A DNA stretch of 63,696 nucleotides, counting the filler, from Reticulomyxa filosa (Eukaryota; Protista; Foraminifera): the NCBI GenBank assembly GCA_000512085.1. It is 23 parts of 23 records of this genome, joined end to end, with 100 filler letters (N's around TTAATTAATTAA, not from the genome) between each part and the next. Parts side by side here need not be neighbours in the genome. Positions count along the whole stretch, not along the records: positions 7,624 to 11,508 come from ASPP01002302.1; positions 11,609 to 15,693 come from ASPP01028294.1; positions 15,794 to 19,050 come from ASPP01005622.1; positions 19,151 to 21,272 come from ASPP01023831.1; positions 21,373 to 25,000 come from ASPP01015779.1; 18 more parts are not named here. The stretch is one strand, 5' to 3'. Made by a program: the position numbers and the translations under genes. Shown piece by piece: positions 10,629 through 23,963 of this stretch (positions are counted from its first letter, which is position 1; the number at the start of each line of letters is the position of its first letter). The notes below the pieces were generated by a model. That model was not told the DNA's origin, did not search any database, and saw only the letters and a program-made list of their open reading frames with translations.

Positions 10629-13600
10629 ACTTAAACCTAATGAAAAAAAATCTGCTATTCAATATTCTCTTTGGGTGTCTTTTGGCTCATTGCATAAAAT
10701 TGTATCGGATAGACCGCATTGATCATGATACTTTTATTACATTTTCTAATATCGAACAAAAAGTATGCATATTGTATTAGTTAAATACTTGATTTTGATT
10801 TATGTTTGCCATTTTACTGCCTTCATTATTATACAATTTGTAATATAAAAAACGCAATAAATAATTTAGTCAAAGTTATAAATAAAAATCTATACTTAAA
10901 AATTATTCAAATGATGCAAAAGCATTTATGTACTTGTTGAAAAATAAAAAAAATAACAGTAATTAAAAATGTCCAATTTTAATGTAGCAAGCTAATTATG
11001 TCATCTTTGATAGTCCCGATTTGGGTCAATCATTTGACAAGAACACAACAAAATATGCTCATTTAGATAATCTGTAGTGGGAAAGTAAGTTTTAAGAAAA
11101 GTGAAAATGATTTTGTTGGATTAAGTCTATTTAAAGTGAAAAAAAATTGAAGTTTATTTAATGGAATGAAGAAAAGAAAAAAAAAAGTTGTGATAATAGT
11201 GATTTTTACAATGAGTGGGTTCGTAAATTATTTATCTTTTGAAAGTGTAAATATTAAGTTACTTATTATCTCAATAAAATATCATTAAACATATTTTGAA
11301 TAAACATTGCGACAATTGGAATTATTTTTTGTCTTCTAATGACATTTAAAAATCGTAAAACAAACTTTTAAGGGCTGAACAAAAAAAAAAAAAGCCTCTA
11401 AAGTATTGTTAGGAAAAAAATGTACTTCCAACCAACAAAATCCTATAACCTTTTTTTATTGGTCACATTATGTGGTGTTTCTTTAGCAATTGGTTAGTTT
11501 TTGTAAAANNNNNNNNNNNNNNNNNNNNNNNNNNNNNNNNNNNNNNNNNNNNTTAATTAATTAANNNNNNNNNNNNNNNNNNNNNNNNNNNNNNNNNNNN
11601 NNNNNNNNTATTCTATCTTTTGGTCAAATCATGATTTGGCAATGTAGACGAATAATTAAAATAATCTATTCATTTTCTAATACGAAAAAAGTTCATTATT
11701 AAATAAACTTTTTTGTTTATTCCAACAAAAGGTACAAACACATTATGTACATCAATAAAAAAAATATCTCAACATGAACAATGTAAAAACAACCAAAAAT
11801 GACAAAGTAAAATTAATTGTTCGTACTAAAAAAGTTTTAAAAAATAAAGAAAAAGTTTGTACTATATCTAAATTTTCAACGTTATTTTGTAAAATGTATT
11901 TTTTATTTGCTTTATTTGTTGATATGTTCAATATTTCAATCAATTCTTCTATAATTATTTCACATTGATATTATTCATTTCAATTTGGAATATATTCATA
12001 ACAACATATGTTATTTTATTCTAGATTATTGATAAAGTCCTTTTATTTCAATTGGGAAATCAGTAAATTATAATAGTTGAGCAAATCATGAAACTAATAA
12101 TTCTGCATGATCTAAATTGCGAGGATAGCTTATTTGTGTTCCTTTTTGCATTGATTTGATTGTTTTAATATTATATGCTTGTTATTGATTCAATCTTTCC
12201 AATTTACAAATAATCTTTTTACATTTCCAATTAACTTGTTATATTCTTTCTAAATTTCATTTTCAATTGATAAACTTGTTTTCTTTTTCTAAAGTTTATT
12301 TCATTTAATCAAAACCTTTGAACAAATGCTTTCATTTACAGACACTGCGACATATTTTGTAAATGTTTCTACAGCAATGTCTATTATTGTTATTGTTTAG
12401 AAGTCATAATAGTAAATCATTTCAAGGATGATTACGTATACAAACTGTTTATTAACATTAAGATTCCATGTTTCAAGCATTATCAATTTGTTTTAATGTT
12501 GAATGTATTTGAAATTATCATATCTAATTACTGCAAAGCTTTATGCTAGATTCAGAACATAATGATATATCAATGATTATCTAACGATATCTTTTTCATA
12601 TGTATGATTAAAGAAAAAACTAATGGCTTTGATAAATTGTTTTGTTATATGAAAATAAACAATTTAAGAGTATGCTGATTTTGATAGCGAAATATTGTGC
12701 AATACAATTTTGAGTTGACCAAGTCTAAATTGGTTAAATAAATGGCTGCCGACTTTTCAACATTCATAAAATAATAAAGATAATAACGCATGAAAAAAAG
12801 GAATATCATTTAAATTTTTAAAAAAATTTAACTTGTTGTCATACAACAGTGAGGTTAGTGATGATTCACTTGATATTTAAAGTTGGAAATAGCGTGACGT
12901 TCAAAAACGAGTTGACTTTTTTGATGATCCCATGAAAAAAAAAATGTTGTTTTATGTTTTGCTTTTATAAACAAGAGCAAGATGTTAGTTCATGTCCGTC
13001 TACTAGCTTGTAAATCGTACAAGTTAATTGTGTTTCTTTTGTGTAGAAGAAAAAGCCTTCTTTGTTGGAATTGGTATAACTGGTGTTAACAAATTGATAG
13101 CACATCAGTTGTTTTCTGTCTCAAGGACATACATTTTAAAGTATTTTATAATAGATGTTGCATATGTTTTTTTGTTGTTAAAAAAAATGATATGTTTTTT
13201 TTTTCATTTTTAGAGTTGCGCATTCGCGAAGCAGTTAAAAAAATTAGAGCAATTTACACACGGCAATTGTGTACAAAAGGAAATTTCCTCAGATGAAATG
13301 CACTTCAGTTGATCAAATAATTCATTTTCCTAATATTTTCAAAATGCAGAAAAAGGTTTTAATTGATCGGAAAAATAAGATAGACAACTTTCAGACATGT
13401 AATATTTGTTTTGTATCACTAAATAATAATGATTCATTAAGGAAGCGCATTATTTTTGCATAAATACTTTTTTTATTTATTGCCGAGGAATAAGGCTTGT
13501 CCCTTGATAGGTCTTAAACAAATCATCTAAGAGTTCCTACTCCGGAGAAATTCTTAAAATTCCAACAAAAATGTATTGAAACAAAACACTAAAAAGACAA

Positions 13601-14799
13601 ATTATTTTGATTAGTCTTGAAACTGATAAGTACTACATCGAAGTTGTGTCAATATTTACAAGAATAAAGTAATGTCAAATATACAAGTTTTTTTACAGCT
13701 TTCGCATGCATATAATTAACATATTCTTTGTACGTTAAATGCGGGTCAATCATCAATTATGAACTTATTTTTTTTACAATTATAAGATAAAGAGATAATG
13801 ATATATAGATAATCTTTTTTTTATTACGAAATGTTATACATTGTGATTTTTCTGATAATAATTGAAATTCAATCGAAACTATGTTGAAGTAACTACAATT
13901 GATGTTTATAATGCAATGTAGTCACAAATATAACACATTGAATTGGTTTATGAAATATCATTAATAATATGTTGACAATTATGATACTTGAGATAATACG
14001 ATGTTGAATTCGTATATTAGTAAATCAATCTAAACAATATCTTATGCTGACAAAATATCTAACATTGCTGCATATGTTATCAAATGGTTCATGAATTGAT
14101 TATGATAAACGTAGAATAGTTCATATGTGTTATGGTAAGATTGAAATCATGCTTAGTTTGATGTAATATTTGATTTTTATTTATAATCTAATTGTTATAA
14201 TTTATTCTATAGATTTTCACACGTAGATATTTTGTAATTTTGCAACGATATTTTCTATTTTCCATGTTTTAGTAAATAACAAATTATGTAACTCAAATTG
14301 GAGTAATGATACTGTTAACCACAATATATATTGAAATAATGGAATGCTATAACTTGAAAGCAATGATAGTAGAAGTAATGCAATGAAGGATAGTAACAAT
14401 ATCACAAAGGTGAAATTAAAATGCATATCTATTTGCAAATATGTATGATATACAACAGTCAACTGACTACGACGATCACAGTCATTACTGTCGTTATGAT
14501 TCTAACTAACACTAAGACTATTACTGTAACTGCAACTACAATTGCTCGTAGTTACTTCTTCTGATGTTTATTTACTATCAGTTGTTTAGTGTCATCAACA
14601 GCCGCTTGCGTTGATACAGTATATATTAAACATTTCACATTTGCTTTTTTTTTGCTTGTTGTCCTCCTAGTTATTGTCTTATTTCTTCGATTTGGCTTTT
14701 ATCTAATGTGGCAATCGTCATATCAAATGAAAATACGAATAAATAAATGAATGAATTTATTATTAGTATAGTCTTCACTATCAGTGTCAAATGTTATGT

Positions 14800-15693
14800 A
14801 ATTTAATGTATTTTTTCAGTTGTTGGAGCTTTTGTGCAGGGAACATGTTAGCGATTTCATACTTGCCATCGCCATCTTTGTCATTTCTAATACGGCCGAT
14901 GCAACAGCTCTTTAATTTTGTCATTGGTTTTATCTCTTGCTTTTCTGAAACCCAGTTTAACCAGGTCTAACACAGAGTCAAGATAAGACAAACATCATCC
15001 ACATCGACACAGTCCAATGTCAACACTTGTGTGGCCTCATCGCACTGTAGCAAGTGGGTGAGCGTAGCCTCCTTTGCAAACATTGCGTCCATGTAGAGCG
15101 TTCGTCCCACTGCAGCACACATCTGTAAAAAAATGTGAGTACCGCGACAATACCATACTGCGATACTAAACAAGACATGATGTATAACTGTCGAATTGAA
15201 TGACGTAGGCGTCTGTTCGGAACATGTTATACTTGGACACGCGAGAACTTGCTGGGCTTGCTCGACTGGGCAAATGTTGGGCGTTGTCAGCATATGCACG
15301 TTAATCGCATATAGAAACCAATCAAATCTCTATAGTCGGCGTAGCAATGATAATACGGCGACTTATTTTCATCACAATTGAAGCTTCTACTGCTATTGTT
15401 GTCGCTTATGCCAGCATTCATACTGGCATTGACATTGGCAATAGAATTAACTTGCAATGTAATGCATGTAGCTGTTGGCCATGGCAGCGAATGAGGACAG
15501 AGCAAGAGAATAAGGAGAAGCATCAGTGGAAGTGGGGATGCGTGTTGAAGGAGACAGCACTGTCTCAAAGTATATTTCGTGGTGTCGTTCCAAAGCTTGG
15601 GCACCTATTGAAAATGCCTGGCTTTTTGTGAATCGTATTGACTGATAATACGTCAGCGCTGTATTTGCATTCTTCTTCATCTTCATCATCACC
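14800..15693 (-). pseudogene. Decayed coding sequence of unknown family
   Basis: GC-enriched block with overlapping 80-110 aa ORF pieces in successive frames (15287-15604, 14967-15299), interrupted by stops. Confidence 0.35.
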
Positions 15694-16991
15694 NNNNNNN
15701 NNNNNNNNNNNNNNNNNNNNNNNNNNNNNNNNNNNNNTTAATTAATTAANNNNNNNNNNNNNNNNNNNNNNNNNNNNNNNNNNNNNNNNNNNNAAGTGAA
15801 GTTAGTTGAGGAGTTTTAGCCCACTGGGAACTCCCAGTTCCTTCAACGTTCAGATATTTATAGGGCATTGCCCTGCAATATTATCACGTTTATTCAATAT
15901 TTTTCAACAATAAGAAATAAATATAAATAAATATTAACATATGTACATACCATAATGTCAAAAAATTATTATAAAAATTTAACAAACACTACAATATGCA
16001 CAATATTTGCATAAAACAAAAAAATAATTATTGTTGCATAGAAACAATAATAAATGAACTAAAATCATATTAAGAAATTAAAATGATAAATAATTAATAT
16101 AAAAATTAATAAATCAAATTGATTTATATATATTATTTAATGTAAATAAATGTAAACATACAATTTAGTATAGCTTTGTAAAGAAACCAAAATAATACTA
16201 ATAAACCATATAAATAAAAATATGTTTTTTTTAAATACAATGTTGATATGAACGATAAACTTGCAAACCAAGTTAGCACGAATCATACAATAATGATATT
16301 GATCTTTAAAAAGAAAATAAGAAAAACAACACTATTTAAATTACAATATCACAAATCACATGATTTAAAATAAAAAAATGAATTTACAAAAATCCAAGAA
16401 AAAAGTAATAATAACAAAATTGCAAATTGATTATCTTTGTGATTGCTACAATATGTGCTATTATATGAAGTCAATATACATATTTATCATGATATTGTAT
16501 ATAAACATTAACACATATTAGTCAGATTATAATATAATGATTAGACTTTTCATGAAACATCATTTACTTTTGATTGTTCTTTAATTTAACAAACTACGTC
16601 TCTTTTGAAGTGAAAGTTTCTTGAAAGAATCTTTTCTACAATATGTACTTTTGACTTATAAGTTATGAAATTTTAATTAAATTAAATCAAATAAAAAGTA
16701 AAACACTATGGTATGTAATATTTGTACTTATTTATTTGCTTACTTACATCGGCTTTTCCTTTTATGTATCGCCTGGCAAATCTTTCTTTTCGTTTCTAGG
16801 ACTTTGATGCTGTTTCTTGTTCTTTGTCTTGTTTTCAGCAAATAGGTATTTCTTCTTTTTTGTTTGCTTGGATAAAGAATTTGGAATATTTACAAATTTT
16901 GAAATTCTTTTTGAATGTTTATTTATATGAATGATATTGTTTTTGGCAATGAGTTTTCACTGTTTTTACTTTGAAAAGGGATAAGAGCATC

Positions 16992-18309
16992 ATGGTGTCA
17001 AAAATACCGGAAGCGGTATATTTCAGCTGGATTACAATTGCATTGTTTCATACGCCAATTTCGCATGCTACGGACTACTCTGATTTTTGTCTCTGGCGTT
17101 CGAATGTGCGGATTATTGACGGGGTACTAATATTTTGTGTTCAAGAAAAAAAAGGTACCTTTTAAAAAAAAGGGGGGCAAGATATGTATAATATGCGGGA
17201 TTCATAACAATCAAAACTCAATAGTATTATAAGAAGCTGTCAGCAACGCAGTTAAGAAACTGCAATTCGGACGTATGGTATCGTAACGAGTCGTATTATT
17301 CGGGCGACCAAAACACACAAACGACCTATTTGGTGTTGAACACGACATTGCGTTTGGATCAAACCAACCCAAATTCGCAAGCCCAAACAATCACCGGCTA
17401 TGGTAACATTTTGTGATTTGCTTGCCTCTGTTTGTTAATTTGAAAGATATTCCAACAAAAAAAAAGGGTTTTACCAGTGCGATCAAATCGATAACGCGCT
17501 TGATGAAGAAATATGCGTATTGGACCCCGACATTTGCAACCAATATTCTCCAGAAATATTCTGCGACAATCCCAAGGCGTCATTCCAAGAATGTAACCAA
17601 TGGTACGAGTACGACAAGGAGTACACCGATCTGGGGGACCCCACCTACTTCAAATCCCAACCCGGAACTTGTCCGAAAAATATCACCAAAAGCGAACCCA
17701 TTGGAGTCGATCAGAGCGGTTTTGTAAAAAAAAAAAAGGGGGCACGAAAAACAGGTTGCCAAAGGGGGGGGGGACAAAAAAAAAAAATTTGCATTGGAAT
17801 GAAAACTAAAAAATATAGATGGCAATAAGGATGACGTTAGTAAATCCACTTCTTCAGGTATAACAATAATAAAAAAAAGTTTTTTTTTTTTTTGGAGAAA
17901 TGTCGATTGAAAAAATAACACTTGTTTTTTTTTTTTAAAAAAAAAGGGGGGTATAGATGCAACGGTTTGGAAGTGGACCTCAGTCATCGTTGGCGTACTT
18001 TTATTTTTGATAATCGGTACTGTGTGCGTTTGGATATGCCGGAAATACCATATTGTTGAGAAAATACGCCATTACAGAAGGACGCTGGCGCCTGTGGAAG
18101 ACGAGGATGACGATGAGATTGATCAGGGTGAATTGACTCCTCCGAAACAAAAAGCACCACCTGTACCCGACCTTGAAATGCGTGCCAAACAAGTGAAAAA
18201 ATATGGCAACGCTTCCGAAAAGGGCACCGCCGAACAGTTGATCCCTCATGACAAAGTCATCACAAATAATGAAACTCCGCATTCTCCTTCTGAAAATGCC
18301 ACTGACTAA
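16992..18309 (+). CDS. Multi-exon type I membrane protein with Cys-rich ectodomain
   Basis: Signal-peptide-like start MVSKIPEAVYFSWITIALFHTPISHA; exons bounded by GT/AG (YYKKLSATQLRNCNS..; FYQCDQIDNALDEEICVLDPDICNQYSPEIFCDNPKASFQECNQW..; DGNKDDVSKSTSS); TM segment WTSVIVGVLLFLIIGTVCVWIC followed by RK and an acidic tail ending at TAA 18309. Confidence 0.75.
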
Positions 18310-18739
18310 ATTGTGCTATACTTTTATTTTTTTTCAAATAGTTTTACTTCAAAAAAATAATAAAAGATTTTGAGGGACAAATAATCTTATTTTTCTGATC
18401 ATTCTTCTTTTCCATTTATCAAATTTTTGTGTAATCTCTCTAACTTCAACCGACAATTTAGTCCCGTCACGCCAATAAACTGGACTAATTCATGTTCCAT
18501 TGATTTAATGATACTGTTTGTCCCTATTGGCTTTCATGTATACTTTCATAGTTTTTCCTCCAAGGATCGAATAAACTATTCAATAATTTTTCAAAAAAAA
18601 TAGATGACATTGTACGTTTTTCTAGTTTATTGTTGCTCAACACAGTGTACTCTTTATCTCCACGACTTAGGCGTCAGTTTGCAACTGTACCAACCCCCGT
18701 AAAAAAAAAGGGGGAGGGACAAAAAAAAGATTCTCAAAC

Positions 18740-18976
18740 ATGTTACAATCAAAACAGCAGAGAGGTGATAGTTGGTCTTCAAGCTTTCGCGGATTCAGCA
18801 TAATACCCAAAGGCCGTCTATTAATAGTGTATATCTTCGCAATTTTTTATATAGCCTTTTGGTGTGTGCGGGTGGAGTGGTTTTCAGCAAAAAGGTTTCT
18901 CTCAACAGAAACGAAGTCTCAAGACGCCACAGACAAAAGACCAACTGTCACAGTTGCGATTTGTTCCTACGAAAGG
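18740..18976 (+). CDS. First exon of a type II membrane, GT2/GT-A-like glycosyltransferase
   Basis: Short cytosolic N-terminus, signal anchor LLIVYIFAIFYIAFW, stem, then PTVTVAICSYER, which resembles the GT-A first strand (SVIIPTYNR). GTGAG donor follows; contig ends. Confidence 0.55.
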
Positions 18977-19829
18977 TGAGTTTATTTACGATTGTTGTCA
19001 ATAAGTCCGAACTAAAAATGAATGTCTTTGCAATGATTTTTTTTTTTTTTNNNNNNNNNNNNNNNNNNNNNNNNNNNNNNNNNNNNNNNNNNNNTTAATT
19101 AATTAANNNNNNNNNNNNNNNNNNNNNNNNNNNNNNNNNNNNNNNNNNNNATACTTCTTGTTGGCAGTTAAGACTTTTTGTAATTTTGTTTTTTCAGTAA
19201 GATATCACTAAAAGAAAAGACTTAGTTCTATTTTTTAAAAACTAAATTGAAAGATTTCATTATTTTTTTTACTTCGCTTCAATTGAATGTTGAACACAAT
19301 CTAATCATCTTCATGTAAAAGCGTAATAATTTTTTATTTTATCATTTTGATTATTCGGTAATCTAATAACAAATTTTATGTGTCCTTAAAGTCACTTTTC
19401 TGTTAATAGATTTCATTATAAAAAAAGAAACTCAGGATTCAGAAAGCGTTATTTGTCAAGTCCTTAATTTCATTTTTCTATATATAAAAGCAAAATTGAA
19501 GATAAATAAAGATTATATAAAAAATGAAAATAAAATATCCAAAAGTTTTTACAAGTTAGATATCCTTTTGACAAAATATAATTGTATATATTGCATAAAG
19601 TGATTAAATATATATTAAAGTTATGATTATAGCTTAGTTAGTTTGCATAAGTTTTTGCTGGCCTTATTCGTTATCATAATATAACTTTCGATAACTTTCT
19701 TTTTTTACCAAAAAGTAAAAAAAATTTTGTTTTGAACAAAACATTGTCGAATAGAGTTTATAAAGAAAAAAGCATCATGAAATTTATACAAAAAAGCCCA
19801 AATCATGATACTTCCTCCACCAAACATAG

Positions 19830-20620
19830 ATCTTTTAATTATTCAACTGTTTCCTAAATCTGTAATTCTGCTATTTCTTTATCGTGTTTTTGTTGTATTT
19901 GTATTAATTCCAAACAATGTTGTTCTTGTTGCTAAGCTAATTATTTTTCAGCCTTTTCATATTTTGCTTTGTATTCTTCAAAAAGTTCCTTGTACATATA
20001 CATTTGTGAATCACATTGAGTATTTTTTATATAATGTTTACTTTTTTTTTGTTTTTAGGATGACGTAATATTTGTTGCATTGTAACTATTGCCTTTAGAA
20101 TCTTGATAATTTTTTTTCTTCTTTTTGTGATGATTTAGATAACGATTTAATAAAATCCACGTTACTTTCATAATGTTCATCGAAAAAATACATTTTACCA
20201 TCGCAATTTTTTTGTACAAATTTACTAAATTTCTTTGAATTGCATCCATTTCAGATTTTAACTCACAAAATGTGTTAACAGGGTATTGATATCGATAATT
20301 GCCTCAACAATAGACAGTACATACATCTGGTATTTTAAGACTTTTTGTATATCTTGCAATATTTTCACATACAGTTGCAAACCGATCTTAGACCACATGA
20401 ACAAACAGACAGTAACATAAGGTAAGCTTTATACAACGACCAGAATCACATTCATTTACAAATTGCCAAAATTTCGTTTGATTAAAGCGTCGATAATGTC
20501 TTGTGGAAAGACATTTTATGCATTGAAATATTTGGCAGTTATTGCATCCTGTAATTGACGCAACCAGATTGCTACAACTGCCACATTTGGCACTTTCTTT
20601 AACAATATAACATGGACGTC
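19830..20620 (-). pseudogene. Decayed gene with Cys-rich (Zn-finger-like) N-terminus and coiled-coil C-terminus
   Basis: KCGSCSNLVASITGCNNCQIFQCIKC, then internal stops and frameshifts, then a coiled-coil-like YKELFEEYKAKYEKAEK*LA*QQEQHCLELIQIQQKHDKEIAELQ. Confidence 0.5.
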
Positions 20621-21559
20621 TAATATTAGTTAACCCAAAAATTTTTTTTAAAAAAATAACATATCAGCATCACTTAATGTTAATCCAAAAAAAAACATCA
20701 TGTGCATCATTTTCATTAGCATTTTGCATTTTATCTCATACAATCCAACCAAGTTGCGCTTTGGAAAAAAAAGCAAGTAAGACAAATCAAAAAGAAGAAT
20801 TTGTTTTGGCAGCGCTAGAACATTGAACCTGTTGATTTTTTTTAATGTGACTATGTATATTTTTTAAATGATGATTGTATAGCACTTAACAGTTGAATAA
20901 TTTAAAAGTTATGCATTGTTTTGAGTTATGTATTGAAGAATAATTTACACTATTTTTGTTGTGTCCATCAAACGGTCAGTGATATGATTGATTTACACTT
21001 ATGCATAATAGCATAATGTAATCATTACAAACAAATAATTTAAAATTGCTGTTTTTATCATTTTTAACTGATTTTTTTATCTTTAACAAAACTATAGCAT
21101 TTTGCTTTCTTTCGTTTTCATATATTTACCATTTTTTAACTTTAATATTTAAATCAAATACACTAATTTTATTTTTTGAATAAGTGATAAAAGCGAAAAC
21201 TTTTTTCATCAATCGTTGCATACACTTTTTGGTAATTTCTTTAATGATTGTATGTTTGTGAAAGGATTGATTNNNNNNNNNNNNNNNNNNNNNNNNNNNN
21301 NNNNNNNNNNNNNNNNTTAATTAATTAANNNNNNNNNNNNNNNNNNNNNNNNNNNNNNNNNNNNNNNNNNNNATATATGTACATATGAATGTATATGTAT
21401 AAAGTTTTTGTTGTCCATATTGCACATTGTACGTTATACGTTGTACTTTATACAATTTTATATGTTATACGTTTGTAATTTTTTTTTTTTTTGTAGTTTA
21501 TTGTTTTTTTTTTTTTTCTTCTTCTTCTTTTGTTGATGTGTTAAATATGAGCGAACCAG

Positions 21560-22669
21560 TGTGGCGCATGTCCTAATTATTTGACCGAGTTGAGCAAGAG
21601 CTGCAGATATAATGTCCGACGACAACACAAAAACCGCAATTTGCTGACGGCGTGGTTCAGCGAGTTTTTGAAAGTGCAGAGTGTGACGGTGAACTGCAAA
21701 GGGTTTATGCATTCAATCTTCGGCGAGTGCATTGGGGCAATCAAGTATCGGCCTTACTGCGACCCGATACGAAGCAGTAACAACCGCTTTGGCAGCTCGC
21801 CTTTTGCCTCGTGCGTGGTGTCCATCGATTGTCGCACATTGCGAACGCTGACAATCTTTGACAACTCAGTGCAAGACGTACATATCAATTTGCTGCGACG
21901 ACATTGGCTGTCCTTGCAAGAGTTTTACTTTTATGCAGCGACCCCGGTGGGCGTGGAGCACATGCACGAGCATGAGTTTGTGTTGGTATTGTCACGACAA
22001 TGCACGCAATTGAAGAAGCTGCATTTGCCAAACATGGTTATTCCTTATGAAGTGTTGGCGATTTGGTTGCAACAGCAGTTGGACTTTGATGTGCAGCTTT
22101 TTGTTACAAACAAACAACTTGAGTCCAAACAACAGAAGCAGCACCACCATCATCACCACCTTAACAGCATCCACAAAATCGAAGAAGACCGCTCCACTTC
22201 GGAGAGATCACTCCCTCATCATAACCAGCCTATGCAATTGCATAATACAATCGATTCAAGAAAACATACTAACAAACACCGAGACAGAGACAGAGATAGA
22301 GAAAGGGATAGACATTATGGCCAAGACAAAGGTAAACAAGAGGCCAATGACAATGATATGCACATTGTCTTGCACAATGAAAAGGTTTCCAACATGCTTG
22401 AAGCTTGTCATCAAGTAATGAAATATGGCATGCTTACAAAGAAAAAACTTGCCAGTACCACTTTGAAAGAAGCTGACGACGGCTACAACACTCCGTCTTA
22501 CACTCACAAACTCGCACAGGAAATTGTCGTCCAACGTGTCTATGGCAAGAGCACCGCCGAGTTGGAACACGATTTGAATTTACTTACCAAGTGTCAATGG
22601 AAAGTGCAAAAAGTCAAACATCTTCAAAATTCCAAAGGAAGTTGGATTATTAAAAGAATTACTTTGTAA
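21560..22669 (+). CDS. Terminal exon of an LRR/RNI-like (F-box/LRR-type) protein
   Basis: 362-aa ORF after a CAG acceptor; LRR-like units CRTLRTLTI, LSLQEFYF and CTQLKKLHLPN; His and RD low-complexity tracts. Confidence 0.6.
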   Translation, partial: CGACPNYLTELSKSCRYNVRRQHKNRNLLTAWFSEFLKVQSVTVNCKGFMHSIFGECIGAIKYRPYCDPIRSSNNRFGSSPFASCVVSIDCRTLRTLTIFDNSVQDVHINLLRRHWLSLQEFYFYAATPVGVEHMHEHEFVLVLSRQCTQLKKLHLPNMVIPYEVLAIWLQQQLDFDVQLFVTNKQLESKQQKQHHHHHHLNSIHKIEEDRSTSERSLPHHNQPMQLHNTIDSRKHTNKHRDRDRDRERDRHYGQDKGKQEANDNDMHIVLHNEKVSNMLEACHQVMKYGMLTKKKLASTTLKEADDGYNTPSYTHKLAQEIVVQRVYGKSTAELEHDLNLLTKCQWKVQKVKHLQNSKGSWIIKRITL

Positions 22670-23408
22670 AAAAAAAAAAAAAAATTTTTTCTCCTGCTCT
22701 TTTCAGAAAAAAAAAAAAAAAAAAAATTATATATACGTATTTTTACATTGCACAACATTTGAACCCCCTTCTGTGAGCCACAGTCTCCCCTCTCTTCTTC
22801 CTTTTTTTCCTCTCCTCCTCACATTCATATAGCTAGAATTACTTTTTTCCTATTACTAAAAAAATTTTTTTTTTTTTTTGCTTTCGATGGTGGTGTCATT
22901 GCGTAAAAACAAATTCTTTCGTTTCACTTTTTTTTTTTTTGTAATTTTTCACTTCGCTCAGTGACTTTTTTTTCTTAGTATGTGGTTTCTTTGGTGGTGA
23001 TATAACAGCATGAGTTGTCACGACACTAGCATTTGTTGATGACAACGCGTCGTGATGCTTTTTGTGTCGGCCTGGGACTTATTGTAATATCCATTACGCA
23101 CTTTTACGATGTTGAGTTTCTAGAATAAGTTTTTGTTCATTTATTATTTCGTCACTCTCATTACAAAAATATTGCAGCCCACTCTTCTTCAGTATTTTCT
23201 TGGACACTGGGGCGATTTCTATGGCCAAAAAAAAAGTTTTTGTTACGACCCAGAAACTCTCTTCAAGTGAGAGTTTTTAAATTGCTGTTATACATTTACA
23301 AATAATGCAAATTGTTTCACCCAAATCTCAAGGCAAAACATTGTATTATCTTGAAATTCACCCTCCCCAAGCTTGTGGCAAGCGTAAACTAACAGAATTT
23401 CAGGTTTT

Positions 23409-23963
23409 ATGGTTGCGACTATTGTCTTGTGCACACGAAGTCACAATTCAAAAGAAGACGCTCCCAAAAAACACACTTATGCATACAAACAGAGGAAAGT
23501 GTATGGAATCACAAGGCTAATCCCCAAGGGACATGTGACAACTTATAAAGCGATTGGAGATGCAATTGGTTGCCAATGTTCTCAGGCAATAGGACAAGCT
23601 CTAAAAAAAAATCCATGGCCTCTATCTATTTACGCCGAAGGAGAAAATTGTGTAGAAATGGCCGAAAATATGGTCCCATGCCATCGTGTTATTTCAAGTG
23701 ACTTAACAATTGGCGGGTTTTCTGGAAGGACAGCTGGGCCAAAAATTGAGGAAAAAGTGAGTTTGTTGAAAGCTGAGGGCATAAAATTTCAAAATGCCGC
23801 TGCAACAACTTTCGAAACCAAAATGAGATCAAAACAAAAAAAGCACAAACAAAATAAAAAAATTTTAGAAAAATATATCAACCACAGTTGGTCTTTGGAC
23901 AAAGCACAGGATAGCTATCCTGTCGTTATCACAAAATTTCAACGTGTTGTTTTAAAAATCTGA
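23409..23963 (+). CDS. MGMT: O6-methylguanine-DNA methyltransferase (MGMT/Ogt family, C-terminal domain only)
   Basis: VY...IPKGHVTTY..I..AIG....QAIGQALKKNP, active-site VPCHRV, and GGFSG..K..LL.AEG. Intronless. Confidence 0.92.
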   Translation: MVATIVLCTRSHNSKEDAPKKHTYAYKQRKVYGITRLIPKGHVTTYKAIGDAIGCQCSQAIGQALKKNPWPLSIYAEGENCVEMAENMVPCHRVISSDLTIGGFSGRTAGPKIEEKVSLLKAEGIKFQNAAATTFETKMRSKQKKHKQNKKILEKYINHSWSLDKAQDSYPVVITKFQRVVLKI

